Below are positions 52,532-64,000 of a DNA stretch of 64,000 bases, in pieces. Every line of letters begins with the position of its first letter. Position 1 is the first letter of the stretch. A program made the position numbers and the translations under genes. The notes under the pieces are model-generated. The model did no database searches. It was not told the origin of the DNA and worked only from the letters and a program-made list of their open reading frames with translations. Origin of the DNA: Prorocentrum cordatum (taxonomy: Eukaryota); the NCBI GenBank assembly GCA_963575745.1, contig CAUYUJ010000181.1, positions 248,001 through 312,000 on the forward strand, given 5' to 3'.

Positions 52532-53976
52532 CTGGGCAGGCCACCCGCCAACGGATGAGCAATTGACGACTCGAACCCTCTCCCTCCCAAAGGAGGGGGA
52601 GGGAATTGAGGAAAGGAGCAGGTGGAGGAGCCTGCTCACAAATGATTCAACGAATCACTCTCCCCCACTTGGCGCTGGAAGCCGGACAGCGCGGCATGGG
52701 CGCGGCGCCAGACAATGACGTCGTGTTGTTGGGCATGTTTTGGCTCAACGTCGCACGTCGCACCCCGCACGCCGCCAGGGCGAGGGCGAGCAGCAGCGGC
52801 GGAACACCGTTGCCACGTTGCCACAAGCAGCGGGGAGGTTACTCTGACGCAACTTCGCGTGCGCGTCACGAAACGCAAAGTACAGACATTATGTACAAAC
52901 AATATGTCGCACCCCGACTGCAACTCCTGCAAGAGACGTTGGCTCCTCCAGTCGCTCCTTCTGCTGCTATCTTATGTCACCATCGTAAAACAAACCGCTG
53001 GGGCGGGATCCTTCATTGGCTGCCAGCACCGGCCAAAAGAGAAATCTGCGCTGACCACCAACAGCTGATGCTTGTGCTAGTCTGTTTTTCCGACAGCATC
53101 CTGATCATCGCTCCACACCTTCTCCTCCTCCTCCTCCTCCTCGTCCTCCTCTTCTTCTTCTCCTGCCCTTGAAGCCCTGACAGGCTGGAAGAATACAATA
53201 CTTCACAAGTGCACCACCAATATTCCAACATACCACCCGAGATACTGTCAGGAACGTTTGGATAGCGTGTCGCGGCAGCTGCCCTGGCGACACGCTATGC
53301 CCTGCGAGCCTGCGAGCGGATTGCGTGTCGCTCCGCTCCGCGGGGCGGGAGGCTGGGAAAACTTCGGCACGTGGACGCCAGGGGATCGCGAGGTGGATAG
53401 CGTGTCGCGCCGAAACGTGGTGTGCCAGAACCGGCGGAGCGACGCGCCATCCCAAAGTCCCCGACCGTATTCCCACAGAGGACGCCCGATACCCCCAGCA
53501 CTTCTGGAATGTAGCCGCCCTTGCAGCCCTGACGGGCTTGGAGATTACAATACATCACAGATGCACCACTACTTCATCTGGCTGCTGAAATACGGAGCCC
53601 CGAGCAAGGAGCGAAGTCCCTCTTTGACCCCGGAGGCGCCTGCGCGGGCGAAGAGCGCTGGAGAAACAGCCGTAAACGACCCGAAGAACATGGAGCCCCA
53701 TCCGAACCCAAGCTACTCATGACTCAAGCATCTGGGAGGCCTTCCCACACAGCACGCCACTGTCTTGGACGCGGGTCAGGGCCCAAGCGCCACTTCCCGG
53801 GCAGCGACAGGAAGCCCTGCGGCAGCCGTTAAGACCGCGGCACACGGCACGCCATCTGCTCCCCTTTGGCACTCCTGGAAGGCCATCGCCCGTGCTCGCA
53901 CTTTTTTTGTCCGTCGGCGGCGAGGCAGAGTGGCTGCACCAGCGCTAGAGCTAAACGGAGGCACCCTCCGCCTCCT

Positions 53977-54007
<31 letters not shown>

Positions 54008-54145
54008 CGCCGCCGCCTCCTCCGCCTCCTCCTCCTCCTCCTCGATCCGAATTGGGCCACCCGTCCACGCACGCGCTGCTCTCGCAGAGCCCACGTCGAC
54101 TCCCAGGCCCCCCGGCCGCCTCGGCATGTGCAGGGACGGCCTGCG

Positions 54146-54176
<31 letters not shown>

Positions 54177-54779
54177 TCCGTCCTCTATCCATCCTCGTCC
54201 TCCTCATCCTGCTCCTCCTCTTGCTCGTCCCTCTCCTCCTCCTCTCCCCTCCATCTCCTCCTCCTCCTCCTCCTCCTCATCCTCCTCCTTCTCCTGCTCC
54301 CCTCATCCTCCTCCTGGTCTTCCTCTTCCTTCCGTTCTCCCTCCTCCTCCTCCTCCTCCTCCTCCTCCTCCTCCTCCTGCTCACCCTCATCCTCCTCCTG
54401 GTCTTCCTCTTCCTTCCGTTCTCCCCTCCTCTCCTCCCCTCCTCCTCCTCCTCCTCCCCTCCTCCTCCTCCTCCTCCTCCTCTCCTCTTGCTCCTCTTCC
54501 TCCTCCCCGCCCTTCCTCTATCTCCACCTCCTCCTCCTCCTCTCCTCCTCCTCCTCCTCCTCCTACTCCTCCTCCTCCTTCTCCTCCTCCTCCTCCTCTC
54601 CTCCTGCTCCTCCTCGCCCATCTAGTGTGGGGTTCGTTGGAGCCGCTTTGGGTACTGGTATCGGTCTGGGCATTGGCCCGAATGTGGGTTGTTTGCTCTC
54701 TCAGCTCGCCCTCCCGCGAACACCCCGCGAAGCGAGGGTAAACGAAAAGGTCTCTTCCCCCCCCCCGTCATCCTCCAGC

Positions 54780-55240
54780 GAATGGCAACACATGGGCGGG
54801 GATTTGGGCGTCGCCGACGTCGTGGAGCTGCCGCGGGTGCAGACGTCGTGTGAGGGACGGGCTGCCCTGCGATTCTTAAATCGGGGTCTCGCGTTCTACG
54901 TTGTCGCTCTACGTGCCACTCGTCGTGGTGCAGGAGATGTGCGGCACCGGGTCGCCTCGGCTGAACGCGCTTGGGATGGCATCCGCGTTGGCATGGAGGG
55001 AGGTGTTCTTGACGCTGGCCCACGTCCCTGCCGTCAGGATCGACCGCGTCAGCAAGCTGATGCTCTTGGAGCTTGTGCGCGTGTGCGGGGATGAGAGTCA
55101 GCCTGAGACGCTTCAGAGGCGCAGATGTTGCCACGGGCATGCATGCTGTGAAACCTGTGTCGACTCTAGGGCATGTCGAAGTAGTGGCGTCAGCCCATCT
55201 CGGAGTGCGTTGGTGTCGTCGGGTGTAGCGCAGCACTTAT
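54780..55240 (+). mobile_element. Possible LINE 3'-end remnant
   Basis: VCGDESQPETLQ resembles a decayed CxxCG...ETxxH knuckle; weak. Confidence 0.3.
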
Positions 55241-56181
55241 AGCTATTCCAAAGGCGCTCCCACCGCTAGATCTTCTTGGGCCTCTTTTTCTTGAACCCTC
55301 CGTCCCCCTGCTCCTCCCCCTCAACCCTCCTCCCTGTGTCGTCTCCCTCAGCCCTTCCCTCAACCCTTCTTGCGCGATGTAGGTTTGTCTTCCCGGCGTC
55401 CTACCCGTGGCTGTCCTCCTGGCGTCCTACCCGTGCGTCTCTGCTTGTTGGCTGTCCTCTTGGCGTCCTGCCCGTGCGTGTTGCTCTGTCACTTTCACCG
55501 TAGGGTGGCTGCAGCCTCCAGTACGTCGTGAGATGAGCCCGTCAATAAGCCAGTGACATCGTGAGCATTCGGAACACTTGCCTCTTGAAGCTACTCGCTA
55601 TGGTGCGTGTACGTGTTCCCTCGGCGCCTCGGACACCCCTGCTGCCCAAGCCTGCCTTTCAGTCAGGGGCCTGTCCCGCCTGATTCCCCCTTGGGTCCCC
55701 CCTCGCCATCGAATCGACGCTGGGCTTGTGACAATGCTACCTGCGATCAGTCAGTCTTCACTGTGGCGAAGCTCCTCTTTGGGGCTCGTGCCCACTTCCA
55801 GTGGCTCAGTGCTGACTGTCTACTCTTGCATTTCAACGTTGGATTTCTGGGACGCCCTTTACGTGGGCATCCGACACGCAAGTAGCCTGTGGCATCTTTG
55901 TGGTGCCGCGGGCCTCTTTGTTTCTGGTGCGGTCGTTTCTCCCTTCCCTGGTCCCTTCCTCCCGACCGGGTCGGCGCAAGCCTTCTGGGCCCACCTCCTA
56001 CCGGGTGTGGTCTCATGCCTGGGTCAGGGGCTCGCGCACGCAGGCTCTTTTTTTTTCTTGCACTTACGATACGCATCGTGCGTTTCGTGTTGTGCACTGC
56101 GACAGGCTGACAATGAGTCTCACATGGATCAAATGCTATCCCAGTGCGACCCTACCTAGGAGTTGGAGCATTTAGGAAAGC

Positions 56182-56895
56182 AACATCTACATCTACATCT
56201 ACAGCGGCAGCTACATTTACATCTACACCTGCATCTACATCTACATCAACATCGACAGCGAGACTCACATCTACATCTACATCTACACCTACATCTACAC
56301 CTACATCTACACCTACATCCACATCTACACCTACATCCACATCTACACCTACATCTACACATACATCTACACTTTCGCATTGGTTTTGTTGTTGCGTTGC
56401 ATTGCCTTTGCTGTTGCTCGTACCGTTGCTTTTGCCTTGCTATGCTATGCTATGCTATGCTATGCTATGTTATGGTATGCTATGCTATGATATGCTATGC
56501 TATGCTGCGCGATGCTATGCAATGCTATGCTATGTTATGCTATGCTGTGCTATGCTACGATATGATATGATGCGCTGTGCTATGATAAGCACTGCTATGA
56601 TGTGTTATGCGATGATATGCTGCGCTATGCTGTGCTATGATATGCTATGATATGCTGAGCAATGCTATGCTAGGCTATGCTATGCTATGCTATGCTTGGC
56701 CATGCTATGCTATGCTATGCTATGCTATGCTCTGCTGTGCTAATGCTGCGGTAAGCTAAGCTAAGATGATATAAGCTATGCTAAGTTCAGCTAAGCTAAG
56801 CTAGGCCAGGCAAAGCTAAGCTAAGCTAAGCTACAGCTACGCGAAGCTAAGATGAAGCTAAGCTAAGCTAAGCTAAGCTAAGATGAGATAAGCAA
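56182..56895. repeat. Compound satellite (ACATCT)n, (TATGC)n, (CTAAG)n
   Basis: Visible directly. Confidence 0.95.
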
Positions 56896-57330
56896 CGCGA
56901 AACTAAATGAACGTCACTGGGGGAACCGCGGGGCGGATGCCAAGAAAACCGCCCGGGGCGTGCCCCACTGCCCGGCCCTTTAAGCAAACAGAGTAAGAAC
57001 CCTTCTAGGCAGAGCCTCGGTAGGGAATAAACTTCTTCCTTCCTCCGATATCTCACCCCACTCATTCCGCCTCCATCCTCCCCTCTCCCTGCCCCGTTCA
57101 TCCCCTTCCCGGTTTCTTCCTCCATTCCCCCATTATGTCCCGGCTTCCACTTCCTCCCATTCCTACCTGCTCGCACCTTTTGACTCCCTCCCTGTTTCCT
57201 CTTTCTCATCCACTACGCCTCCGGATAGCCCACCTCCCACTCCTGTCTCCTCTCCTCTTATCGTGCTCTGTCCTTCTATTTCTGTGTGGCCTCACGGCGC
57301 GCAACTTTTGGTGGCCATCAGCATAGGAAC

Positions 57331-57368
57331 CATTCCCCGCAGTCGAAGGGCTCGCGCTTGAACCCATC
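57331..57368 (-). CDS. O-fucosyltransferase-like micro-exon (DGFKREPFDCGE|W)
   Basis: ctgcag acceptor, GT donor, 38 nt; phases fit. Confidence 0.75.
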
Positions 57369-57607
57369 CTGCAGGAAACATACACGTCATAAGCATTCGA
57401 CCACGTAGACAAGCAAACCGTATATGAACGAAAGGGAGGCAACACGAGGAGGTGCCAAACACACAGTTTCACTATATCATGATATGTACAAATGCTCACG
57501 TTGACATCGTCACGTCTGTTGACATAGTCGTTTACGTTGATGCTGGCATCGTCAATTGCGTTGAAACGCGGACATCCCGCAGTGTCATTGCAATCGTGGT
57601 TTATCGC

Positions 57608-57694
57608 CCTGTCGTCCATGTACAAGAACTGATGGGTCACGTTCTCCCAATCGCCGAAATGACATACTGTTGAATCTGGTCCGCGCTTTCCAAC
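57608..57694 (-). CDS. O-fucosyltransferase-like exon (VGKRGPDSTVCHFGDWENVTHQFLYMDDR)
   Basis: 29 codons, AG acceptor, GC donor. Confidence 0.75.
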
Positions 57695-59159
57695 CTTGGT
57701 GCCAGGGGTCGCCGGAAGAAGTAGGGGGCGGGCAGAGGGCAAGGGAGGACCCATGGGTGCAGGGAGGACGATGAGGAACAAGACAAACAGGAGCAGAAGC
57801 AGGAACCAGACATTAGCAGGACGACAGGAAACGTAATCTGTGAAATGACAGGAGGGATCCTCGATGAGGAAGATCATGAAAAGGAGAAACAGGCGGCAGA
57901 GGAACAGGAAGAGGAGGAGGATGAAAGCCCCACTTCGCCCGCCCACTTGGCCAAGGTCGTGCCAGAAATTATGGTGGAAGGCTCGCCCACTGGGCTTGGC
58001 TGGTCTAAAGAAATCGTTCTGCTCACCACCTCGTTCCCCTTCGGGATGAGGTTTCCCTCTCCCCCTACCTCCTCCCTCAGGATTCCTGGTTGGTTCCTGG
58101 TGGTTCCTGGAATGTCCCAGACAGTCCGGTATGGCCACACAAATCGCCCAAGATGGCCCACGCTGAGCCAAGACAGCCGCCCACATGTCTCTAAGAGCCG
58201 CCAAGATCGCCCCAGGACGGCCCCGAGTGCCCTCCGAGCCTCCCGAGGAGGCCTCCAAGAGGCTCGTCTCGTGTTGGAACCCTCGACACCTTCGAGGGGG
58301 TCCTCATCTCATCAATGCCGCCGAGACCAGAACGCCCGTAGACACAACGAACCCTGGAAACGCCTTCGTTTCTCCAGGCCCAACCCCGTTTTCGCCCCTC
58401 CACCCTATGACCGTCCCTTTTTTCTTATACGCAGCAGCTACATCATCATGCAAAGCGGGCGCTTAAATCACACGCGCTTGCCAAAATTCTGTGAATCCAA
58501 TGTTTTGGAAGAGCTCTCGACCACCCAAGGTCTTCAATTTTAGGGGCGTGACCGTTGATCGGGCGAACGAACGCCCGCCAAAAACAACGAACCCAATGAA
58601 CGCAATCGTTGCTCCAGACCCCTGTCCAGCCTTCGACCCCCCCCTTTTTTCCGAGACGCGACGACTTCATAGTGATGCAAGACGAGCGCCTGGGACACGC
58701 GCGCCAGCCGTAATATTCACCCCCCCCCTTTCCCAAGAACTCTCGGCCACCCAGGGCGGTAGCCGTTGATCACGCGAACGCTACGCCAAAGAACAGACCA
58801 TCTGTCGGCGCAGCGAGCGAGCGCCCGTGAGCGCAGGCGGGCGGCGGCAGGCGAACGGCGGCGGCGACGGGGGCTCGGCCGAAGCGCGCGGGAGCAGGCA
58901 CGGAACGTGCACGCGTCAGCGGGGGGCAGCGACAAGGAGGGATACAGTCGAAACCGGTGGTCTGGATCGGTCGCCGTCCCAAGGGTACCGCTGCATCCGT
59001 GCCTCGTCCGTCCGTCCTTGACCACTCTCGATGGTCGGCCCCGCGCGAAGAGCCTCGGCATGGGTGCCCAAAGGGGGTCGGCATCCTTGTCGCACAGCTT
59101 TCCTACCCGTTTCGCCCGCTCACGCAGGGACTCATCCACCCACCATCGCCCTGTTTTCG

Positions 59160-61184
59160 TTAGCTCGGGCCTGTCCCCCTACAGGGATATTTTGCACGAA
59201 GAATAAAGAAGATACGCAGACAATTGCAAAACATACTGAAAATCATCCAAACATCGTCCCCTGATTTTTTCCCAACCCTCCTGCGTTGGGTTCTCGATTA
59301 TTTGAATAGAGCACTGCTCGCGCGTCGCCTTCCTTACTTCCTTCCTTCCTTCCCGCCCCCTCCCGCCCCTCTCTTCCCCCTTGCCTTTCGCCTCGCTCGT
59401 CGCTGCGTGCCAGCTGGGGGGCTGCGATCTGTAAAACTGTCGCCACTTTCGAGGCCTGCTGGGGGGCCCAGCACACTGGGTAGTCACGGCAGACTCGAAT
59501 GGGACCTCGCCATCCCTGGGGGGCTGCGATCTGTGAAACTGTCGCCACTTTCGAGGCCTGCTGGGGGGCCCAGCACAGTGGGCACTCACGGCAGACTCAA
59601 ATGGGACCTCGCCATCCCTGGGGGGCTGTGATCTGTGAAACTCTCGCCACTTTCGAGGCCCGCTGGGGGGCCCAGCACAGTGGGTACTCACGGCAAACTC
59701 ACATGGGACCTCGCCATCCCTGGGAGTCTGCGATCTGTAAAACTGTCGCCACTTTCGAGGCCTGCTGGGGGGCCCAGCACGGTGGGTACTCACGGCAGAC
59801 TCAAATGGGATCTCGCCAGCCCTGGGGGGCTGTGATCTGTGAAACTGTCGCCACTTTCGAGGCCTGCTGGGGGGCCCAGCACAGTGGGTACTCACGGCAG
59901 ACTCAAATGGGACCTCGCCATCCCTGGGGGGCTGCGACTGTGAAACTGTCGCCACTTTCGAGGCCTGCTAGGGGGGCCCAGCGCAGTGGGCACTCACGGC
60001 AGACTCAAATGGGACCTCGCCATCCCTGGGGGGCTGCGATCTGTGAAACTGTCGCCACTTTCTAGGCCTGTTGGGGGGCCCAGCACAGTGGGTACTCACC
60101 GCAGACTCAAACTGGACCTCGCCATCCCTGGGGGGCTGCGATCTGTGAAACTGTCGTCACTTTCTAGGCCTGCTGGGGGGCCCAGCACAGTGGGTACTCA
60201 CGGCAGACTCAAATAGGACCGCGCCATCCCTGGGGGGCTGCGATCTGTGAAACTGTCGCCACTTTCGAGGCCTGCTGGGGGGGCCAGCACAGTGGGTACT
60301 CACGGCAGACTCAAATGAGACCTCGCCATCCCTGGGGGGCTGCGATCTGTGAAACTGTCGCCACTTTCGAGGCCTGCTAAGGGGGCCCAGCACAGTGGGT
60401 ACTCACCGCACACTCAAATTGGACTTCGCCATCCCTGGGGGGCTGCGATCTGTGAAACTGTCTCCACTTTCGAGGCCTGCTGGGGGGCCCAACACACTGA
60501 CGCCACACGCAGATTCACCCAGCACAGTGGGTACTCACGGCAGACTCAAATGGGACCTCGCCATCCCTGGGGGGCTGCGATCTGTGAAACTGACGCCACT
60601 TTCGAGGGCTGCTGAGGGGCACAGCACAGTGGGTACTCACCGCGGACTCAAATTTGACATCGCCATCCCTGGGGGGCTGCGATCTGTGAAGCTGTCGCCA
60701 CTTTCGAGGCCTGCTGGGGGGCCCAGCACAGTGGGTACTCACCGCAGACTCAAATGGGACCTCGCCATCCCTGGGGGGCTGCGATCTGTGAAACTGTCGC
60801 CACTTTCGAGGCCTGCTGAAGGGGCCCAGCACAGTGGGTACCCACACGCAGATTCAAATTAGACCTCTCCTTGGGGGGCTGCGATCTGTGAAACTGTCGC
60901 CACTTTCGAGGCCTGCTGGGGGGCCCAGCACAGTGACGCCACACGCACATTCTAATTAGACCTCGCCATCCCTGGGGGGCTGCGATCTGTGAAACTGTCG
61001 CCACTTTCGAGGCCTGCTTGCGGGGCCCAGCACAGTGACGCCTCCCAAGTAGCTTACACATCAAGTCGATTGTCCATAAAAGTTTCGGCCAACTCTGATA
61101 CAAATGGGTTGGGTACGTCACAGGGTAATTTTTTAAAAAAATATGTGTGAATATTTCCCCTGTAGAGGGACAGGCCCGACTCAG
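59160..61184. mobile_element. Family B TIR element (2.0 kb) carrying a satellite array
   Basis: tcgggcctgtccccctacaggg at the left end and cccctgtagagggacaggcccgac at the right end; TSD tgttttcg (59152-59) / tgttctcg (61185-92). Confidence 0.8.
59414..61040. repeat. 102-bp tandem satellite, about 16 copies
   Basis: Unit ggggggctgcgatctgtgaaactgtcgccactttcgaggcctgctggggggcccagcacagtgggtactcacggcagactcaaatgggacctcgccatccct. Confidence 0.97.
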
Positions 61185-61275
61185 TGTTCTCGCCGACGCG
61201 CTTGATAGCCGCACCCCGCCCGGGAACGCTGGGATTTGCCATCGACGGGCCTCTCGCCGACCTGTCGGCATTGTA

Positions 61276-61457
61276 TGATGGGCCTGTTTTTCACCGCCAC
61301 CACCATAAGTTGGAGGGGGAAAGAAGGGGATGAGGAGGAAAAGGACGACGAGGAGGAGAACGAAGAGGAGGAGGAGGAGGAGGAGGAGGAGGAGGAGGAG
61401 GAAGAGGACCCCCCCTCCAACTTATGGTAGTGGTGGTGGTGGAAAACAGGCCCATCA
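61276..61457. mobile_element. MITE-like element: ~45-bp TIRs around a (GAG)n core
   Basis: tgatgggcctgtttttcaccgccaccaccataagttggaggggg vs ccccctccaacttatggtagtggtggtggtggaaaacaggcccatca. Confidence 0.8.
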
Positions 61458-63691
61458 GATCTGTCGGCGATGTATCGCCGATTCAGGGTCGATGGTTACC
61501 CCCTGGGAGCCGGTTCCCGGGGCGGGAGGCCTCCGGGTCACACTTCGGACCTCCGGCGGCCGTTCGGGGCGATGCAGGCCCTCCCCCCCCCGCGCATTCC
61601 TCCGCTTCTTCTTCCTCCCCCTCCTCCTTGTCATCCCCGTGCCAGCCCTGCTTTTTCTACTCCTCGCGCCGCCTCCTCCGCATCCCAGCCCCGCGCTGCC
61701 GTCTCCGCCCCCTGCCCTGGCGAATGCCCTAGCGCTGAGCGGCCCACAGCTCCGACACGACTCAGCCCAGAGACGCCTGCAAGGCGGCGATGAGCCCCGC
61801 CAGGCCCGCCGCGCGGCGCGATGCGGCACCGCCGTCGGCGGCATCCGGCTCCGCGCCGAGGCTGACGACACCGCCCTCGGCGCCGATGCGGGCGTCCTGC
61901 CCAGACTCCCCGCCCACGGCGGCGGCAGCCTGGGGACCCCCCAGGCTGCGGCCCGCCGCACCCGCCGACGGCGACCTCCAGCCCCACGTCGAAGCCGTCC
62001 CTCGCTCGGCGCGTGGCCGCCGCGGCCGCGGCCCCCACGGCAAGGCCGCCCTCCGCCGCGAAGGGCGCGAGGCCCGCGGGGCCGACCCCGCCGCCCACGA
62101 ACCCGTCCGCCCCTGGGCCAGGAGGGCGGTGGCCGGCAGCAGCAGCAGCACAGCTGTTCTCGTCGCAGCCGCCGTCGTCGGCGACGCCGAGCTCGGCGGG
62201 AGGCCGCCCGACGGCCGTCGGCGTATGCACCGCGGTGGCCGCAGCGAGCAGATCCTCGAGCTCGACGAGGCGGTCGGCGGCCGCATCGACCTCGGCGCGC
62301 TGCGCCTCAGACCCGTCTCCCAATCGACGGTCCCCCGATGCTACGATCGCGAGCGCCGCCGCATCCCTCCGCTACTTGGCGCCTCGGAGGAGGGCTTCCA
62401 ACTCCGCGGCACTCGTGCCCTGAGGGACTCTCGCGATCTCCTCGAGGGGCCCGGCGCTGTCGTCGTCGAGAACCGGCACCTCCGAGCCGTCGAAGGTCAG
62501 GCCGTCCTGGACGCCGAGAGCCGCGCAGCCGCATCGAAGGCGTCGTGCTCCAGCCGCTGCACGTCGGCGACCCGAAGGTCACCCGCACCCTGTTGCTCGA
62601 CGCCCCATGCCAGGCGCGCAGGAGGACGCTGGCACGACAGGGGCGGCATCTGGTGAGAGCCTGGTGCCCTCCACCGCCGAGCCCATCTCGGCCGGCACCC
62701 GCGCCTCCAGCCGCGGGCCCTTCGGAACCCGCCTCAGCGCGGCCTCCCCCGCCGTTGCCAGAGCCCGCGCCGTCGGCATCCGCGTGGAGGGCGACGTTCC
62801 TGCGGAGCGCCTCCAGCCAGGCCGGCGCCCGTCCAGCCAGGCTTCGTGCGCCGGGCGGGGAGCAGCGCCCGCAGCCGCTGGCCCACCTCGTCGCGCCTCG
62901 GCCACCGCCGTGAGCGCGTCCTCCGCCACCGCCCAGCGGCCTCTGCCGCGCGCGAGCAGCTCCTCCGAGAGCTGCCGCACGGCGCGGCCCGCGGAGCGCC
63001 GCGCCCACCCCCGAGCTGCGCGCCGCGCGTCGGCGGTGCGCCGTGGGCGGGCCGCGGCCCCGCCCTCCCGCAGCTCCGTCGCAGACCTCACGTCCACCGG
63101 CCGTCGCCGCCGCCATCTCCGGAAAGCGGCTCTGGAGACGTGGGGGACGGCTCGAGCCAAAGTGGCCACTGAACGGTGGGGGCGTTGGACGAGGAACCGT
63201 TGGATGAGGAATCCAGGGTCCAGACGCCCGGAAACTCCAACCGTGGATTGGCCATGGAAGCCTCCGCCGCCCGAATCATGTAAGGGATCCCCCAGGGTCT
63301 GAAGCCTCCTAGGCACATTCCTCAACCAATGTCCTACCGTAGTCGACGACATGGGACTCGTTACAGTTTCGCTCCGAACTTGGCGCAGCATCAACCCAGG
63401 CACGCCTCCTGTGCGCGAGGGCCACGTAAGGACAGGCGCGGTCAGCATCTAATCGATACTTCGGATCGAGTTGGGACGCATCGGAACGGACTCCGAATCG
63501 AATTGAGTCGCCCGCTCCTGGATGCACAGCAGCGTCATGCAGGCACCGCGCCGCATCGGATATTCTGACTATTGGACTCGAATCGGATCGGGCTGGCCGA
63601 AGCCGATTTTGAATCGGACCGACCAGCCAGGCATGTGCCATAAAAGGGCGTGTACCAGAGACGGAGCGGTCGGCGGTCCCGAGCGCCTGGC

Positions 63692-63770
63692 CTTGCTCTG
63701 CACCCTGGCCAGGTACCACGGCATGCCCGTCTCGGCCTCGAACTCCGCCGCCGTCAGCGTGGGCAGGACG
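63692..63770 (-). CDS. O-fucosyltransferase-like exon (S|VLPTLTAAEFEAETGMPWYLARVQSK)
   Basis: ctccag acceptor, GC donor; phase fits the upstream exon. Confidence 0.75.
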
Positions 63771-63936
63771 CTGGAGATGGAGGGGGACGACGAGGAGGAT
63801 GAGGGGGAGGACGTCGAGAACGACGAGGAGGTCGAGGAGGAGGAGGACGACGACGACAGCTACGAAGAGGAGGACAAAGACGAGGAGGCCGATAGCGAGG
63901 AACAGGGATAATAATGTCGAATACGACGACGGCGAC

Positions 63937-64000
63937 CTCTTCAGCTGCTTCAGGTTGATCAACTCCTCGAGGCGAGTTGTCTTCGTCCAGTTCCTGGTGT
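63937..64000 (-). CDS. O-fucosyltransferase-like exon, truncated by the window edge (TRNWTKTTRLEELINLKQLK|S)
   Basis: GT donor at 63936, in frame with the next exon. Confidence 0.7.

Noticed and set aside
59414..61040. CRISPR array or repeat-protein ORFs
   Set aside because: Whole 102-bp units repeat with no unique spacers and no cas genes; the ORFs arise because the unit length is a multiple of 3
61630..63420. Minus-strand coding-like GC-rich region
   Set aside because: Stops and shifts, no recognisable domain

Overview
GC-rich eukaryotic DNA, very likely dinoflagellate. This is inferred from GT/GC/GA splice donors, tiny exons in kb-size introns and pervasive (GAG/CCT)n tracts. Most entries in the ORF track are low-complexity artefacts. 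Supported content: (1) a 12-exon minus-strand host gene for a GDP-fucose O-fucosyltransferase-like protein, running from beyond 64000 to about 31419, reconstructed by hand; (2) a ~10 kb minus-strand two-gene locus at about 18.7-29.1 kb, comprising a hAT-like DDE transposase fused to an HMG box and a PARP-type zinc finger, followed by a ~1150 aa Cys4 zinc-binding unknown protein; both genes carry in-frame spliceable introner-like inserts and frameshifts mostly at homopolymers; (3) a degenerate APE-RT-C2H2 LINE with an extra ORF 3' of the RT, plus other LINE fragments; (4) a non-autonomous TIR family with 8-bp TSDs (3 copies, one carrying a 16 x 102-bp satellite); (5) several other MITE-like palindromes and many microsatellites. 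No rRNA, tRNA or CRISPR array is supported. All family assignments come from motif recognition by eye; no searches were run.
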